From Carcharhinus amblyrhynchos (lineage: Eukaryota): DNA of 64,000 nucleotides. Of the stretch, positions 63,913 to 64,000 are shown piece after piece. The translations under genes and the position numbers were made by a program. A model generated the notes under the pieces. That model had not been told where the DNA came from, made no database searches, and saw only the letters and a program-made list of their open reading frames with translations. The DNA lies in NCBI GenBank assembly GCA_965287045.1, contig OZ336872.1, positions 30,690,001 to 30,754,000 of the forward strand, read 5' to 3'. Position 1 is the stretch's first letter. The number at the start of each line of letters is the position of its first letter.

Positions 63913-64000
63913 TTACCCAGAAACTTGTAGACTTAATGGAATGTCCGTCCTCTCTCTGAGAACAGTCCTATGTTTCATCATTCCATTGGCTGCAACATGT

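Larger units (their letters stand above)
1..64000 (+). other. FLNB: Filamin B gene body (intron 1 through intron 36; both ends outside window)
   Basis: 35 colinear exons with compatible splice phases encoding CH domains and filamin Ig repeats. FLNB rather than FLNA/FLNC is inferred from [20 protein letters not shown] and the hinge NAYPPGFQPW/KPFDIVIPF. Confidence 0.93.

Overview
Eukaryotic, AT-rich, CpG-poor intron/exon DNA from a cartilaginous fish. Elasmobranch origin is inferred from the repeats (HE1/V-SINE-like SINEs, HER1/CR1-like LINEs). The whole window lies inside one + strand gene, filamin B (FLNB). I traced coding exons 2-36 by hand (numbering by analogy to human FLNB, from memory). 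They splice in one continuous frame and encode the end of CH1, CH2, Ig repeats 1 to ~19 and hinge 1. Exon 1 and the exons after 36 are outside the window, and the first 15.5 kb is intron 1. Introns carry four copies of a young CR1 LINE, older CR1, L2-like and Rex/Babar LINE relics, SINEs, Penelope-like fold-back elements, MITEs and microsatellites. I see no evidence of a wholly new gene system. The most interesting signals are at RNA level: (1) a hidden, frame-preserving 93-nt cassette exon resembling the optional human FLNB insert; (2) a Gln-expanded hinge-1 exon with QKI/RBFOX motifs; (3) an orphan acceptor that would truncate the protein after the hinge; (4) a GC-AG intron; (5) a duplicated splice acceptor; (6) a three-copy family of fold-back elements with target-site duplications (TSDs) and a vestigial hammerhead core. 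Repeat boundaries are approximate and family names come from recognition, not from a database search.
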